The translations under genes and the position numbers were made by a program. From positions 11,584,001 through 11,648,000 of the forward strand of contig CP086569.2 in the NCBI GenBank assembly GCA_009914755.4: 64,000 nt of DNA, written 5' to 3'. The stretch's first letter is position 1, and each line of letters opens with the position of its first letter. Positions 34,861-53,903 of this stretch are shown one piece after another. The stretch comes from the human T2T-CHM13v2.0 reference genome, Homo sapiens. Under the pieces are notes generated by a model. The model was not told where the DNA came from and did not search any database. It worked only from the letters and a program-made list of their open reading frames with translations.

Positions 34861-36270
34861 CAATAACATAGCAATATTTACAGGATACAATTAAAGCAGT
34901 GTATAGAGGAAAATGTATAGCTTTAAAAACAGAAAAAATAATCTAAAATTGATAATTAAAACTTCCATCTTAAGACTCTAGAAAAAGAGGAGTAAACCAA
35001 GCTGAAAGTAAGTAGGATGTATGAAATAAAAATGTCACAGTGGAAAACGATAAATACAGAACAGGATAACATTAAAAACAACCAAAGAAACCCAAAATTG
35101 CTTATTTCAGAAAGTCAAGACGATAAATAATATTTAGTGAAATTGACCAAGAAAAAAGAAAGAAGACACTAATTCCCAAAATCAAGAATCAAAGAGAAAT
35201 ATCACCACAGACCCTACCCTTAAAAGGATGTAAAGAAAATAGCATAATAACTTTAAGGCAAAAAATTTGACAACTTAAATAAAATAGAACAATTCCTAGA
35301 AAGACACAAATTACCAAAACTGACTCAAGGCAAAAGAAAAAAAAAAAACAAATACCAATATCAAGTAAAGAAATTGCATCAGTAATTTCAAATCTTCCTA
35401 TAGAGAAAAAAATATACTTCACTGGTGAATTCTATCAAACTATTAAGGGAGGAAATAATACCAGTGTTACAAAAACTTTATTCAGCAAATAGAGGATGAA
35501 GGAAACTTCCCAACTAACTTTATTTCATTTGATATCAATATTACCCTGATATCAAAACAAGACAAAGACATTACAAGAAAACATAGCTATATATCAATAT
35601 CCCTTGTGAAACTAGACATAAAAATTCTTAACCAAATATTAGCAAATGTAATTGAGCAACATATGAAAAGGATTTTATACCACAATCAAATGAAGTTTAT
35701 CTCAAGAATGTGAGGTTGACCTAACATCCAAAAATCAATGTAATAAACTATATTAACAGAATAAAGGACAAAACCATATGATCACCTCAATAGATGCAGA
35801 AAAGCATTTGACAGAATTCAACACTCATATATTTAAAAAAATCTCATCAACTTATGAATAGAAGGGAACTACTTCAAATGATCAAGGCATCTACCAGAAG
35901 CCTATAGCCAACATACTTAATGGTAAGAATGTGCTTCCCTCTAGATTAGGAAACATGCAAAGATATCTGTGTTTACCACTTCTATTTAACAATGCACCAC
36001 AGGTCTTAATTTGTGCAATAGTCAAGGAAAAAGGTATGGAAAAAAGATAACTCTTTTTATTGTTAGCCTTTATGCAGAAAATCCTAAGGAACACACCCAC
36101 ACACACACCCACATACCACACCCCCTCCCAGATTTACTAGAACTAAGAGGGGGGGTTAGTAAGTTTGTAGAGTATATGATCAATATACAAAAATCGGTTA
36201 TATATATAGTAGCAACAAACAAAACAAAGATGAAATAAAGAAAACAATTCCAATCACAATAGCATCAAAA
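34860..36270 (+). mobile_element. Ancient L1 (L1M) ORF2 (RT region) fragment
   Basis: …atagatgcagaaaagcatttgacagaattcaacactc… and …gtttaccacttctatttaacaatgcaccacaggtc… are diverged L1 RT motifs. Confidence 0.55.
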
Positions 36271-36275
36271 ATAAA

Positions 36276-38905
36276 TGTCTTAGTTTGTTTTATGTTGTTA
36301 TAATAGAACACCTGAGACTGTATAAAGAGTTTTATTTAGCTCATGTTTCTCCAGACTGGGAAGTTCAAGAAGCATGGCACCAGTATCTGCTTAACTTCTG
36401 GTGAGGGCTTTAGCAGTACATCACAACATGGCAGAAGAGGACGTGGGAATGTGCCAAGAGGCCAAACACAAGGTACAACCTTGTACAATGGGTTGCTTTA
36501 TAACAATCCATTCTCAGGGCAACTAATCTATTCCCACAGGAACCAATCCAGTTTCATGAGAGCAAGAACTCACTCACTATATGAGGACTGCACCAAGCTG
36601 CTCAAAATGTCAGAGTCCCCATGACCCAAGCATCTCCCATTAGGCCCTACCTCTTAGAGGTTCCAACATGATTTTTGACAGAAACACGGAAACCATGGCA
36701 TTCCATACTTGGAAACCCAAACTCATGTCCCTCTTACACTACAAAATATAATTATTCAATCTCAATGGTCCTCAAAGTCTTAATGTATTCCAGTAACAAT
36801 TCAAAGGTTAAAGTCCAAAGTCTTAATGTATTCCAGTAACAATTCAAAGGTTAAAGTCCAAAGTCTCATATAAGACTCAAGGCAAGTTCCTTCTAGCTAT
36901 GAGCCTGTAAAATAAAATAAAAAAAAAAACAAACAAGTTATTTACTTACAAGATACAACGGTGGAATAGTCATATGGCAGACAGTTCCATTCCAAAAGGG
37001 AGAAATAGGCCAAAAGAAGAAAGAGGTGACAGGCCTCAAGCAAGTTCAAAACTCAGCAGGGCAGACATTAAATCTTAAAGCTCCAGAATAATTCTCCACT
37101 CCATGTGCTACCTCCTGAGCACAGTGGGAAGTTTTTATCCTTTAAGCCTTGGGCAGCCCCACCTCCATTACTTTGTTGGGCATAGCCACATGGCTACTCT
37201 CCCTGGTTGGATTTGGATACCAGTGGCCTTTCCAGGCTGAGGTTGCATGGTGGCAATGGCTCTATAGTTCTGGAGTCCCAGTGGTGGTCCACTTCATGGA
37301 TTCACTAGGCATTGCCCTTGTACAGACACTTTGTGGCAGCTCCAACCCTACATTTCTGCTCAGCATTGCCCTAGGGGAGGTACACTGCAGTGGCTCTGGC
37401 CCTGCAACAAGTCTCCACCTGAGCTCCCAGTCTTTTCAGTACATTCCTTAAAATCTAAGTGGCAGCCACCATGCCTCCACTTCTCTTGTATTCTGCGCAT
37501 CTGCAAAACAAGTACCACATGGTTGTAAAAGCCATCAAGGGTTACCGCTTGCACCCTCCAGAGTGCTGTCATGAGCTGTATCTGAGGCTGCTTGATCAAT
37601 GACTGCGTGCCACCAAGGTTTATGGTTTGTATCTTGAGGAATGGCAGCCTGAGCCACACCTGAGTATGATTGTGCCATGGCTGGGGTGGCTGCTGAGGGC
37701 TGTGCCAGAATTTGGGGAGCAGGATCTCAAAACAGCACAGGGCAGTGATGCATGGGTTCTGTCTCTTAAAACCATTCTGTCCTCCTAGACCTCTGGAGAG
37801 GCAACCTCAAAAATTTCTGAAACGTCTTCAGGGCCTTTAAAAAATTGTCTCAATAATTGTCAACTGGCTTTCTTCTCTCAGTGCTAATCTCTTTAGTATT
37901 GGTTGTTCTGCTGCACCCTTGGATTCCTCACCTGAAAATGCTCTTTCATTCTCTTCCACATGGCCAGGCTATTAATTTTCAAATTTTTGTGTTTGCTTCC
38001 CTTGTCGTTTTGCATTTCACTGAATGTAGTAAGGAGTAAGTACATAGCTGCTCTATATTTTGCTTAGAAATTTCTTCTGCCAGGTACCGTAGTTCATCAC
38101 ACTTAAGTTTGGCCTTCCACAAAACCTTAGGGTACAAAGCCTTAGAAACAACAAAGTCAAATTTTTGCTATTGTCTAACAAGGATTATTTGGTCTCCAGT
38201 TCCTAATACCTTGTTCCTCATTTCTATCTGAGATCTCATTAGAATGGCCTTTGCTGTCCATATTTTTATCAGCATTGTGGTAATGACTACTTAACCAATC
38301 TCTAAGAAATTCTAAACTTTCTCTAATCTTTTTGTTATCTTTTGAGCCCTCAGTGAAATTATCCTTAATGCTCTGTTTATGGCAATACAGTCTTTTTCTA
38401 GTCTGCTCCATCAAACTTTTCCAACTTCTGCCCATTACCCAATTCCAATGATGCTTCTGCATTTTTGAGGATCTAAATAGCAACATCCCACTCTCAGTAC
38501 CAATTTTCTGTCTTAGTCTGTTTTGTGTTGCTATAACAGAATATTGGAGACTGAGTAATTTATAAAGAGATATATTTGGCTTGCAGTTCTGCAGGCTGGA
38601 AAGAAAGACACTGGCATCTGCTTGGGTTCTGGTGAAAGCTTTAGTGTTGTGTCACAACATGGTAGAAGAAGGTCAAAGAGGAGTAGGCATGTACCAGGAG
38701 GCCAAACATGAAGTGTGACCTCACCGTATAGCAACTCATTCTCATGGTAACTAATCCATTCCTGAGAGAACTAATCTCACGACAGTGAGAACTCACTCAC
38801 CAGTGTAAGAATAGTACCAAGCTGCCCACAAAGGAAGAGCTCCCAAGACCCAAACACTTCCCATTAGGCCCCACCTCTTAAGCATTCCAACATGAGTTTT
38901 GGTAG
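36276..38905 (-). mobile_element. Full-length ERVL-MaLR element (MST-type): LTR 36276-36705, internal 36706-38507, LTR 38508-38905; inserted into the L1M
   Basis: Both LTRs begin tgtcttagt(t/c)tgtttt(a/g)tgttg…ctgagactg(ta/ag)…ataaag and end …ccattaggccc(t/c)acctcttaa/gagg…tccaacatga… The internal region carries MaLR-int motifs (…tccaaagtctcatataagactcaaggcaagttccttc…). ORFs 37149-37659 are element-internal. Confidence 0.75.
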
Positions 38906-39690
38906 AGACACTCAAACTATAGCAATAATAATTAGGAATAAATTTAACAAAATAAGTGTGAAACCTTTGCACTGAAAACTAAAAAACATCACTCAGATAA
39001 ATGCCTAAATAAATAGAGAGATATATCATATTAATGGATTAGATGACTCAATATTGTTAGTTGTCAATTGATCTACAAATTAACTTCAATTCCTGCCAAA
39101 AGTCTAGAAAGATTATTGGAAAAATTGACAAGCTGATTCTAAAATTATATAGAAATAGAAAAATACCTAGAATAGCCAAAACAATCTTGCTAAGTAAGAA
39201 TGAAGTTAGAGTACTTAATACTGCCTTATTTTAAAATTCAGTGTAAAGCAACAGTAGTCAAGACAGTGTAGAATCCACATTAAGAGAGATAGATAGATCA
39301 ATGGAACTAAGTGGATTTCAGAATCCAACCACATAAATAGTCAATTAATTTTCATCAAAGATGCTAAGACAATTCAATAGGAAAAAGATGTTCTTTCAAC
39401 AAATGATTCTATAAGAACTGGTTATTCATTTACAAAAACTAAACCTAGATCCTTAGGTCATATACGAAAATTAACTAAAATGGATCATAGACCTAATTGT
39501 ATAAGCTAAAACTGTAAAACTCCTAGGAAAAAAAAATAGGATAAAATATTTATGACCTTGGACTAAGAAAAGTTTTCTTAGATATAATATCAAAAACATG
39601 TTCCATAAAAGAAAAACAGATAAATTAGACTTCACCAAAATGATGAAATCTTTGCTTTTCAAATATTTTTTAAATAAATGAAAAGAGAGG
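38906..39690 (+). mobile_element. Ancient L1 (L1M) ORF2 fragment, continuation after the MaLR insertion
   Basis: …gaataaatttaacaaaataagtgtgaaacc… is contiguous in L1 coordinates with 36260. Confidence 0.5.
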
Positions 39691-41173
39691 ATCATTCCAA
39701 GATGGGCAAATAGGAACAGCTCCTGTCTGCAGCTCTCAGCATAATTGACGTAGAAGACAGGTGATTTCTGTATTTCCTACTGAGGTACCTTGTTCATCGC
39801 ACTGAGACGGGTCAGACAGTGGGTGCAGGCCACAGAGGGTGAGCCGAAGCAGGGCAGGGCGTCGCCTCATCTGGGAAGCAGCAAAAGTGGTCGGGGGATT
39901 TCCCTTTCCTAGCCAAGGGAAGCCGTGACAGATGGTACCTGGAAAATCCGGACAGTCCCACCCTAATACTGTGCTTTTCCAATGGTCCTAGCAAACGGCA
40001 CACCAGGATATTATATCCCATGCATGGCTCGGTGGGTCCCATGCCCACACAGCCTTGTTTACTGATAGTGCAGCAGTCCGAGATCGAACTGCAAGGTGGC
40101 AGCATGGCCTGGGAGAGGGGCGTCCACCATTGCTGAGGATTGAGTAGGTAAACAAAGCAGCTGGGAAACCTGAACTGGGTGGAGCTCACTGCAGCTCAAT
40201 GAGGCCTGGCAACCTCTATAGACTCCACCTCTGGGGGCAGGGTATAGCTGATTAAAAGGCAGCAGAAACTTCTGCAGACTTAAACATCCCTGTCTGACAG
40301 CTCTGAAGAGAGCAGTGGTTCTCCAGCATGGAGTTTGAACTCTGAGAATGGACAGAGCTGCCAGTAGGGGTTTACAGACACCTCATACAGCCAGGTGTCC
40401 CTCTGAGATGAAGCTTCCAGAAGAAGGATCAGGCAGCAATATTTGCTGTTCTGCAGCCTCCACTGGTGACACTCAGGCAAACAGGGTCTGGAGTGGACCT
40501 CCAACAAACTCCAACAGACCTGCAGCTGAGGGTCCTGATTGTTAGAAGGAAAACTAGCAAACAGAAAGGAACAGCATCAACAAAAAGGACATCCACACCA
40601 AAACCACATCTGTAGGTCACCATCATTAAAGACCAAAGATAGATAAAACTACAAAGATGGGGGGAAACCAGAGAAGGCAAGTTGAAAATTCAAAAAACCA
40701 GAGCGCCGCTTCTCCTCCGAAGGATTGAAGCTCCTTGCCAGCAATGGAACAAAGCTGGATGGAGAATGACTTTGATGAGTTGACAGAAGTAGGCTTTACA
40801 AGGTCAGTAATAACAAACTTCTCTGAGCTAAAGGAGGATGTTCGAACCCATTGCAAGGAAGCTAAAAACCTTGAACAAAGATTAGATAAATGGCTAACTA
40901 GAATAAAGAGCATAGAGAAGACCTTAAATGACCTGACAGAGCTGAAAACCATGGCATGAGAACTACATGACACATGCACAAGTTTCTGTAGCCGATTCAA
41001 TCAAGTGGAAGAAAGGGTATCAGTGATGGAAGATCAAATGAATGAAATGAAGTGAGAAGTGAAGTTTAGAGAAAAAGAGTAAAAGGAAATGAACAAAGCC
41101 TCCAAGAAATATGGGACTATGTGAAAAGACCAAATCTAAGTTTGATTGGTGTACTTGAAAGTGATGGGGAGAA
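39690..41173 (+). mobile_element. L1 (older L1PA/L1PB) 5'UTR and ORF1 N-terminal part
   Basis: …ggatcattccaagatgggcaaataggaacagctcctgtctgcagctc… and …cagcaatggaacaaagctggatggagaatgactttgatgagttgacagaag… ORF 40735-40959 is an ORF1 fragment. Confidence 0.85.
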
Positions 41174-45385
<4,212 letters not shown>

Positions 45386-45570
45386 CACACTTCAGCCTTC
45401 GAGTAGCTATCAGGTGCGCCACCATGCCCAGCTAATTTTTGTGTTTTTAGTAGAGATGGGGTTTCACCATGTTGCCTAGGTTAGTCTTGAACTCCTGGGC
45501 TCAGGTGATCTGCTCGCCTTGGCCTCCCAAAATGCTAGTATTACAGGCATGAGCCACTGTGCCCAGCCAA
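45386..45570 (-). mobile_element. Alu fragment (antisense)
   Basis: …cgagtagctatcaggtgcgccaccatgcccagctaatttttgtgtttttagtagagatggggtttcaccatgttgcc…gcatgagccactgtgcccagcc. Confidence 0.8.
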
Positions 45571-46983
45571 ACTATGTAACTTTTCATGGAAGACAAATCT
45601 ATAAAGAAAGCAGATCATTTGTTACTTGGGACTTGGGTAGGTGGGAGTGAGGATTTAATGAAAATAAACATGAGGAAACTTTTTGAGATTATGTAAGTAT
45701 TCAAAAACTGAATTTTTGTAATTGTTGTACAACTCTATAAATTTGTCAAAACTCATTGAAATGTGCATTTAAAATAAATAAATTTTGTGCTCTGTATATT
45801 ATACCTCAAAAAAGCTGATAAAATATAAATTGGAAGAAAAGTACTGGAAAACATAAGTTGGGGATGAATGAGGGTGATCAAAATTAATGCATCCTTCAAG
45901 ATGAAACTAGTGATTTTAATTTTACGATTAGTTTTTTAAATTACTTGTTAATTCAAGTACACATATTACATTTCAAGGGTAATCGTGAATAGAATAGAAC
46001 TAAAACATACAACTTTTAAACAAATAGAGGGGAAAAACCTTGATCAATCTAATAGAATGCATTGGGGAAAAGAATTGGAGAAATAATATGGTTACCAGAA
46101 AGCACAAAATATGAATGCAGAAGTAAATATAAATTTATCCATAACCACAATAAACTTAAATGATCTAAATTAGTTAAAGACAGGCACTTGAAGACTGGAT
46201 AAAAACGTGAAAATCCAGGTATAACCCGTAATAGTTAAAAACATGAAGACACAAAATTCTGAAGGTATGAGATGAGTAAATGATAAATAAAACAAATATT
46301 AACCAATATATGGCTGATATAGCTATTTTCATATCAAAAACTATTATTTAAGACAAAAACATTCCGAGGAATAAAGGTCATTATGTAAGGACATGTATGC
46401 ATGTAAGAATTCAATCACAAAATATATGAAGCGCAAATTGCAGAATTACAAAGAAAAATGGCTAAATCCTCAACCTTGAAGAAACTTAAACCTCTGAGTC
46501 AATGATAATCAAAATGTAGTAAGATTATCTCAGATTTTAACCACTGTATTAAAAAAGCTTAATTTAAAGGAAATATATAGACTTCTGTATGCTCAAATTA
46601 GAGAATATATATACTTTGAAGCCTGATAAAGTCTTAGGAGAACTGAACCTATGCTAGCCTATGAATCAAATCACAACAAATAAACAAACATTATAACATG
46701 CGGCTTATCCTCTCTAACCAAAATGCAATTTATAAGAGAAAAAAATGTAAATTTCTTTCATCTTCAAATTAAAGGCGTATCTTAAATAATTTTTCAGTCA
46801 AAGAAGACATGAAAACAAAAATCAGAAGATATTTGGAAGTGAAATACTACATAACAAAACTTGTGAGATAGAGCTGAGGCAGTACTGAAAGGGTAATTTA
46901 TATCTTTAAATGTTTATATTGAAAAATAGGTTGAAAATTAGTTAAGTGTCCACCTTAGGAAGTTTAGAAAGAGAAAAAGAGAT

Positions 46984-46984
<1 letters not shown>
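45570..46984 (+). mobile_element. Ancient L1 (L1M) ORF1/ORF2-5' (endonuclease) region
   Basis: …ataaccacaataaacttaaatgatctaaattagttaaagacaggcacttgaagactggataaaaacgtgaaaatccagg… is L1 EN-start-like. Confidence 0.5.
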
Positions 46985-48000
<1,016 letters not shown>

Positions 48001-48005
48001 AGCTT

Positions 48006-48328
48006 TTATTTTATTTTATTATTTTTAAAGAGACAGGGTCTTGCCCTGTTGCCTGGGTTGGAATAGTGGCACGATCATATATCTCACAGCATCCTTGAAC
48101 TCGTGGGTTCTAGGGACCCTCTGCCTTAGCCTCCTGAGTAGCTGGGACTACAGGCACACACCGCAATGCCTAGCTAATTTTAAAAAAGTTTTTATTTTGT
48201 AGAGATTAAGTCTCACTATGTTGCCCAAGCTAGCCGCAAACTCTTGGCTTCAAATGATTCTTCCACCTTGGTGCCCCGAAGTGTTGGGATTACAGGCATC
48301 AGTCATGGCACCTGGCCTGAGCAGGTTT
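48006..48328 (-). mobile_element. Alu SINE (antisense, diverged/older)
   Basis: …aaagagacagggtcttgccctgttgcctgggttggaatagtggcacgatc…cgaagtgttgggattacaggcatcagtcatggcacctggcc. Confidence 0.8.
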
Positions 48329-48559
48329 TAATAAGTCACCCCATATTTGGAGAATTTCTAATATTATTAATATTACTTTCTCAATGCAGAAGCCAGGAAC
48401 ACAAATTTTTAAACTTCCTTTGTCATGAAGACATTGACACATGATGAATACACTGCTACTGACATTAATTTCTGCTTTTATCTGCATAGCTAGTACCTCC
48501 AGGAAAAGGAGAGGAATGAGGTTGGAAAATAGTACACAGGAAGCTTCAACTATATCTAT

Positions 48560-48945
<386 letters not shown>

Positions 48946-49895
48946 TAAATTAGAAGGTTGCATGCATAAATATGATATCTTGGACATTGATGAGATCACA
49001 TAGACAAACTATGTAAAAGGAAAAGAGGAAAAGGCCCATGTCTAAGTCCTGAGTGATATTTCATATTTAGAAGTTAGGAAAAGAAGAATGGAAAATGGAA
49101 GACAAAAAAGGATGAAGCAGTGAGGGAAGAAGAAAACCAGTAAGTGGTGCCTCAGAATTAGAAAAAAAAGAGAAGTGTTTCAATAAGAGAGTGATCATCG
49201 GCGTCAAAAGCTGCAAAGATCTTGAATACGATGCAGACAGAAAAGTTCACTGGATTTGGTTAATACACTTAGTCAGATAACAAAAAAACAGCAATTTCAC
49301 CAGTTACGCTCCTTTTCATACTCCAGAGATGAAGGATAATATTCACTAGCCTATATAATATTCTAAGTCTTGAATGTCAAATAACATAACATAGGTGATT
49401 GTGTTAAATGTCAGAGTATTTAAGGAATAATTATGTTGCAATATACAGGCCAGCGTGCATTTGTTGCTGCTGGAGTAGTCAAGTTTTATTTCTGACAAGT
49501 CTTCAGTTCCAGGGAGCCTCTCCCTGGCTGAGTAACTCTCACCCATTCATCTTTCAGGGAGAGTTTGCTGTGCATCCCAAGTATCTTAGAATTGGGTAGA
49601 AGTTTAGCTTTAATTAGTTTGACCTTGAGTCTAGCAACAGGAGAAGGAACAGGCAGCGAAGAGGCTGTGAATGATGTCCCAGCAGCAGGAGACAGGGAGT
49701 GTCATTATCATTCCTGGTCTTCTCACAGTACTCTGAATACAGAGAGTGAGGAAGATTAGGGGGTCGTGTCTGCTGACCCCCTGATGATCTCAGACCCTCT
49801 CTGCTCTTTCTGGATGGTGACCTGTTAATTCTGGCATATTATTACTGATAATATATTTATCCTTTTCACTGTGATTTGCCCAATTGTTGCTTTAG

Positions 49896-49980
49896 CACTG
49901 GACCTTGTCAAGAAGTTGTTGGTAGTGGATCCAAAGGCACGTTTTATGACAGAAGAAGCCTTAAGACACCGTGTCTTCAG
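49896..49980 (+). pseudogene. CHEK2: CHEK2 exon copy (third-from-last coding exon, 'exon 13' in 15-exon numbering). Encodes [25 protein letters not shown] then a frameshift. Disrupted.
   Basis: Acceptor …ttgctttag|CACTGGACCTTGTCAAGAAG and donor …cttcag|gtgggtg. CHK2 has …[29 protein letters not shown]. Here …agacaccgtgtcttcag replaces the expected …agacacccgtggcttcag (1-bp loss plus substitution). Confidence 0.8.
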
Positions 49981-50136
49981 GTGGGTGTGGGACAGTGCCT
50001 GCAAGCATAAAATACATGGGAAGCCCTGCTGCCTGAAAGACATGAGACAGAGGACAGAAACATGTTTAGTCTGTTTAATCTAATTGTTTTAGATGTACGG
50101 GGGGTATCTTGGAGGACGGGTTACAACCTGTATTTT

Positions 50137-50355
<219 letters not shown>

Positions 50356-50916
50356 GATGTTACTCATGGCTGTTGGATGTACAAGCTCAATTTATGTCCT
50401 GTTCTGGTTCCACTTGGCTGTCCCAAGTCTTCAGTCTGGCCTGTGTTCTTTTGAGGGCTTGTTCTGGCTCTACCCCCAGCCATGCCCACTGCTCTTCATA
50501 GGTGGGGTGCATTCCAGCCATCTTCAACTTTAAATCAGGGAAGTGGGGGAGGGGGAGGAGGGCAGCCTCCCTGGGGAGAATCCAGCTATTTCTCAAGCCC
50601 AAGTGACTGGGTATAAAGCTTCCCACTGCTTGTTCATTCCGGTGAGTAAATGTGTCCTTAGTGAAGGCCGTCACGTGCACCTTTCATCTGTGTTACTGCT
50701 GTGCTCCTGCTAGGGGTTGGGGTTGCCATTATTAAATGCTGACCTCATTTGGAACTGTCAAGAGTTGGAAGTACGTTTTGGCTTTGCTGGATTAATCTTT
50801 AGTTTTTGAATTAGCTACCCCATTGGGCAGGTTTTCTGATAGATGTTTGGTCTTCTGTAACGAGCAGTTCCATTCAACACAGCCATGTCCCTTTCTATTA
50901 ATTTTCTTTTGGTCTG

Positions 50917-51277
50917 TGTATCAGTCTGTTCTCACACTGCTATAAAGAACTGCCCAAGACTGGGTAATTTATAAAGAAAGGACGTTTAATTGACTCACAG
51001 CTCCACATGGCTGGGGAGGCCTCAGGAAACTTACAATCATGGTGGAAGGGGAAGAAGGCATGTCTTAATGGCAGCAGGTGAGAGAGCTTGTGAAGGAAGT
51101 GAAGGGCGAAGAGACTTTTATGAAACTGTCAGATCTCGTGAGAACTCACTATCACGAGAATAGCCTGGGGGAAACTGTCCCCATGAGCCAATCACCTCTC
51201 AATAGGTCCCTTTCTCAACACCTGGGGATTACAATTTGAGATGAGATTTGGGCAGGGACATAAAGCCAAACTGTATC
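50917..51277 (-). mobile_element. THE1-type MaLR solo LTR (antisense)
   Basis: tgtatcagtctgttctcacactgctataaagaactgcccaagactgggtaatttataaag…ctcacagctccacatggctggggaggcctcaggaaacttacaatcatggtggaagg…ggattacaatttgagatgagatttgggcagggacataaagccaaactgtatca. Confidence 0.85.
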
Positions 51278-52284
51278 AATCCGTTTTCTGTGGAGATGGG
51301 GGACAGAACTGGTAGCTTGAGCTAGAGGCTGTTACTTGAGCTAAATGCTGTTTCTCTGGGGATTACTGGTCCAGGAACTCCTTGGGCAATCCAGCCTCAG
51401 CCCCGTACTTCTGGGACTCTAGGAAGACTGTCCCCATTCTCTGTTCTAATACTCTACACCTAACAGTTTTGCTCAGGCCAGCTCAGGTTGAGAACAACAA
51501 AAACTTAAAAAAAAAAAGACAGATATATGTGTTTTGGATGTTGCCCTGGAAACTACAGTCTCCCCAGAAGAAATCTGTCAGATGATTTAGCATTTAATAG
51601 ACCACACAGATTTGAGACAGCGGGACCCTGCAGGAAAGGGCTTTGGAAACAAAGGGTGCCTTTGCATGTGGGGATTTTAATTTTGATGAAAAAAAGAAAC
51701 ATGTCTTTTGGCTCTTTTCATGTGTCCTAATAGGGAAATTCTCGGGTCTAAATGTAGAGGTACAGGAGCTGTGTTCATCCCTAGCAAAAAACAGAGCTGG
51801 CCTGTTGAGCCTGGGAACAGGGTTTGCATCTGCCTGAAATTTATGAGCAAGGGTAGCCCATTTTTCTTGTATTTCGTCTCAAATAAAACTTATTAACAAC
51901 CAAGGAGAAGGTGAAGTTCAACTCTGTTGCAGGATCTCCCTGGAATACTCTTTTAGCCACCTTTTGTTTTTGCAGTAAAAGGAGGAATGAGCATTGAATG
52001 AAGACAAGGATGAAGACTGACCATCTAAAACATCTGTTAGTGATAGTTTGGGTTTTATTTTGGGAAAATTCAGTGTTTTCGCAAAAAACAAATGGTTTTG
52101 TGGGTCTGGAGCTGGACTGAGTGTTGGGAATGTGGATTCTTGTTTCTGTTTTGTCATTAACACAGTGCCCAATTTTGGGAGCATCCCTTACATCTACTGT
52201 CTGCCTCATATTTACTGCCTGAAATAGACGATTTCTTCTGTTTGCTTTCAAGGGATATTATAATTTAATTTTTATTTTATTTAT

Positions 52285-52435
52285 TGTTCGAGACAAGGTC
52301 TTCTTCTATTGCCTAAACTGGAGTGCACTGGTGCAATTATAGCTCACTGCAGCCTCGACCTCCTGGTCTTAAGGGATCCTCCCGCCTCAGCCTCACAAAG
52401 TGCTTGGATAATAGGCACGAGCCACTGTTCCTGAC
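52285..52435 (-). mobile_element. Alu-like fragment (old, antisense)
   Basis: …cgagacaaggtcttcttctattgcctaaactggagtgcactggtgcaattatagctcactgcagcctcgacctcctgg…. Confidence 0.55.
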
Positions 52436-52502
52436 TAATTTAATATTTTGGAATAATTGTAGACATCATGAAGAAAATCAATGTTTATTTATTTATTTCC
52501 TT

Positions 52503-52790
52503 TTTTGAGATGGAGTCTCGCTTTTGTCTACCAGGCTGGAGTGCAACGGTGTGATCTCAACTCACTGCAACCTCCACCTCTGGGTTCAAGTGATTCTATT
52601 GCATCAGCCTCCCAAGTGGCTGGAATTACAGGTGCCTGCCACCATGCCCAGTTCATTTTTGTATTTTTAGTAGAGATGAGGTTTCACCGTGTTGGTCAGA
52701 CTAGTCTCAAACTCCTGACCTCAGGTGATCCACCCACCTTGGCCTCCCAAAGTGCTGGGATTCCAGGCATGAGCCACTGAGCCTGACCTG
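52503..52790 (-). mobile_element. Alu SINE (antisense)
   Basis: ttttttgagatggagtctcgcttttgtctaccaggctggagtgcaacggtgtgatctcaactcactgcaacc…cccaaagtgctgggattccaggcatgagccactgagcctgacc. Confidence 0.9.
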
Positions 52791-52994
52791 ATTACTTGTT
52801 TTAAATATAGGCCTGATTAGGCTTGTGACCACTCTGTTTGGCTTTACTGAAGGTCTGCCAAGAGATGGACTTTTGAGAGTGACACTGCAAGATAATTGAG
52901 ATCCAAAGTAAGGCCGTGAGAGGGTGCGGAGAGGAATCCAGATGAGCTTGCTGCTGTCAAATTGCAATGGGGAGCTACACTGTGAAACTCAAAA

Positions 52995-53068
52995 CAGAGT
53001 GACCTCAAGAGATATGCCCTGCCTTCGCCTCCCAAAGTGCTGGGATTACAGGCATGAACCACTGTGCC
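52995..53068 (-). mobile_element. Alu 5'-end fragment (antisense)
   Basis: ccctgccttcgcctcccaaagtgctgggattacaggcatgaaccactgtgcctggtcc. Confidence 0.7.
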
Positions 53069-53069
53069 T

Positions 53070-53195
53070 GGTCCTCCTTTCCTTCTTTCTTTCTTCCTCC
53101 TTCCTTCCCCCTCCCCTCTCCTCCATTTCTTTCCTCTCCCCTCTTTCATCCCCCCTCCCTTTTTCCTTCCTTGTTTCTTTCCTTCCTTCCTTCCT
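53070..53195. repeat. (TTCC)n-like C/T-rich simple repeat
   Basis: tcctttccttctttctttcttcctccttccttccccctcccctctcctccatttctttcc…ttccttccttcc. Confidence 0.8.
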
Positions 53196-53196
53196 C

Positions 53197-53335
53197 AGGG
53201 TCTTCTTTGCTCACCTAGGCTGGAGTGCAGTGGCATGATCACTGCACCATGACTTTCAGGCTCAAGTGTTCCTCCTGCCCCAGCCTCCCAAGTAGCTGAG
53301 ACTACAGGTGCATGCCACCATGTCTGGCTAATTTA
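53197..53335 (-). mobile_element. Alu fragment (antisense)
   Basis: …cacctaggctggagtgcagtggcatgatcactgcaccatgactttcaggctcaagtg…cccaagtagctgagactacaggtgcatgccaccatgtctggctaattt. Confidence 0.75.
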
Positions 53336-53342
53336 ATTTTTT

Positions 53343-53633
53343 TTTTTTTTTTTGGAGACAGAGTCTTACTCTTTTGCCCAGGCTGGAGTGCAGTGGTGTG
53401 ATCCTGGCTTACTGCAACCTCCACCTCTTGAGTTCAAGTGATTCTCCTTCCTCAGCCTCCTGAGTAGCTGGGATTACAGGCATGCACTACCACGCCTGGC
53501 TAATTTTGTATTTTAGGTAGAGACGGGGATTCACCATGTTAGCCAGGCTGATCTCAAACTTCTGACCTCAGGTGATTTGCCTGCCTTGGCCTCCCAAAGT
53601 GCTGAGATTACCAGCGTGAGCCTCTGTGCCTGG
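53343..53633 (-). mobile_element. Alu SINE (antisense)
   Basis: ttttttggagacagagtcttactcttttgcccaggctggagtgcagtggtgtgatcctggcttactgcaacc…gtgctgagattaccagcgtgagcctctgtgcctggac. Confidence 0.9.
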
Positions 53634-53645
53634 ACTAATGTTTAA

Positions 53646-53903
<258 letters not shown>

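Noticed and set aside
49380-49560. Possible CHEK2 upstream exon remnants (…cgtgcatttgttgctgctggagtagtcaag… versus the CHEK2 kinase-domain exon …cgtgctgtggactgctggagtttaggag…)
   Set aside because: Only a short, gapped nucleotide resemblance with no coherent reading frame. Real CHEK2 paralogs are ~95% identical, so true homology would be obvious.
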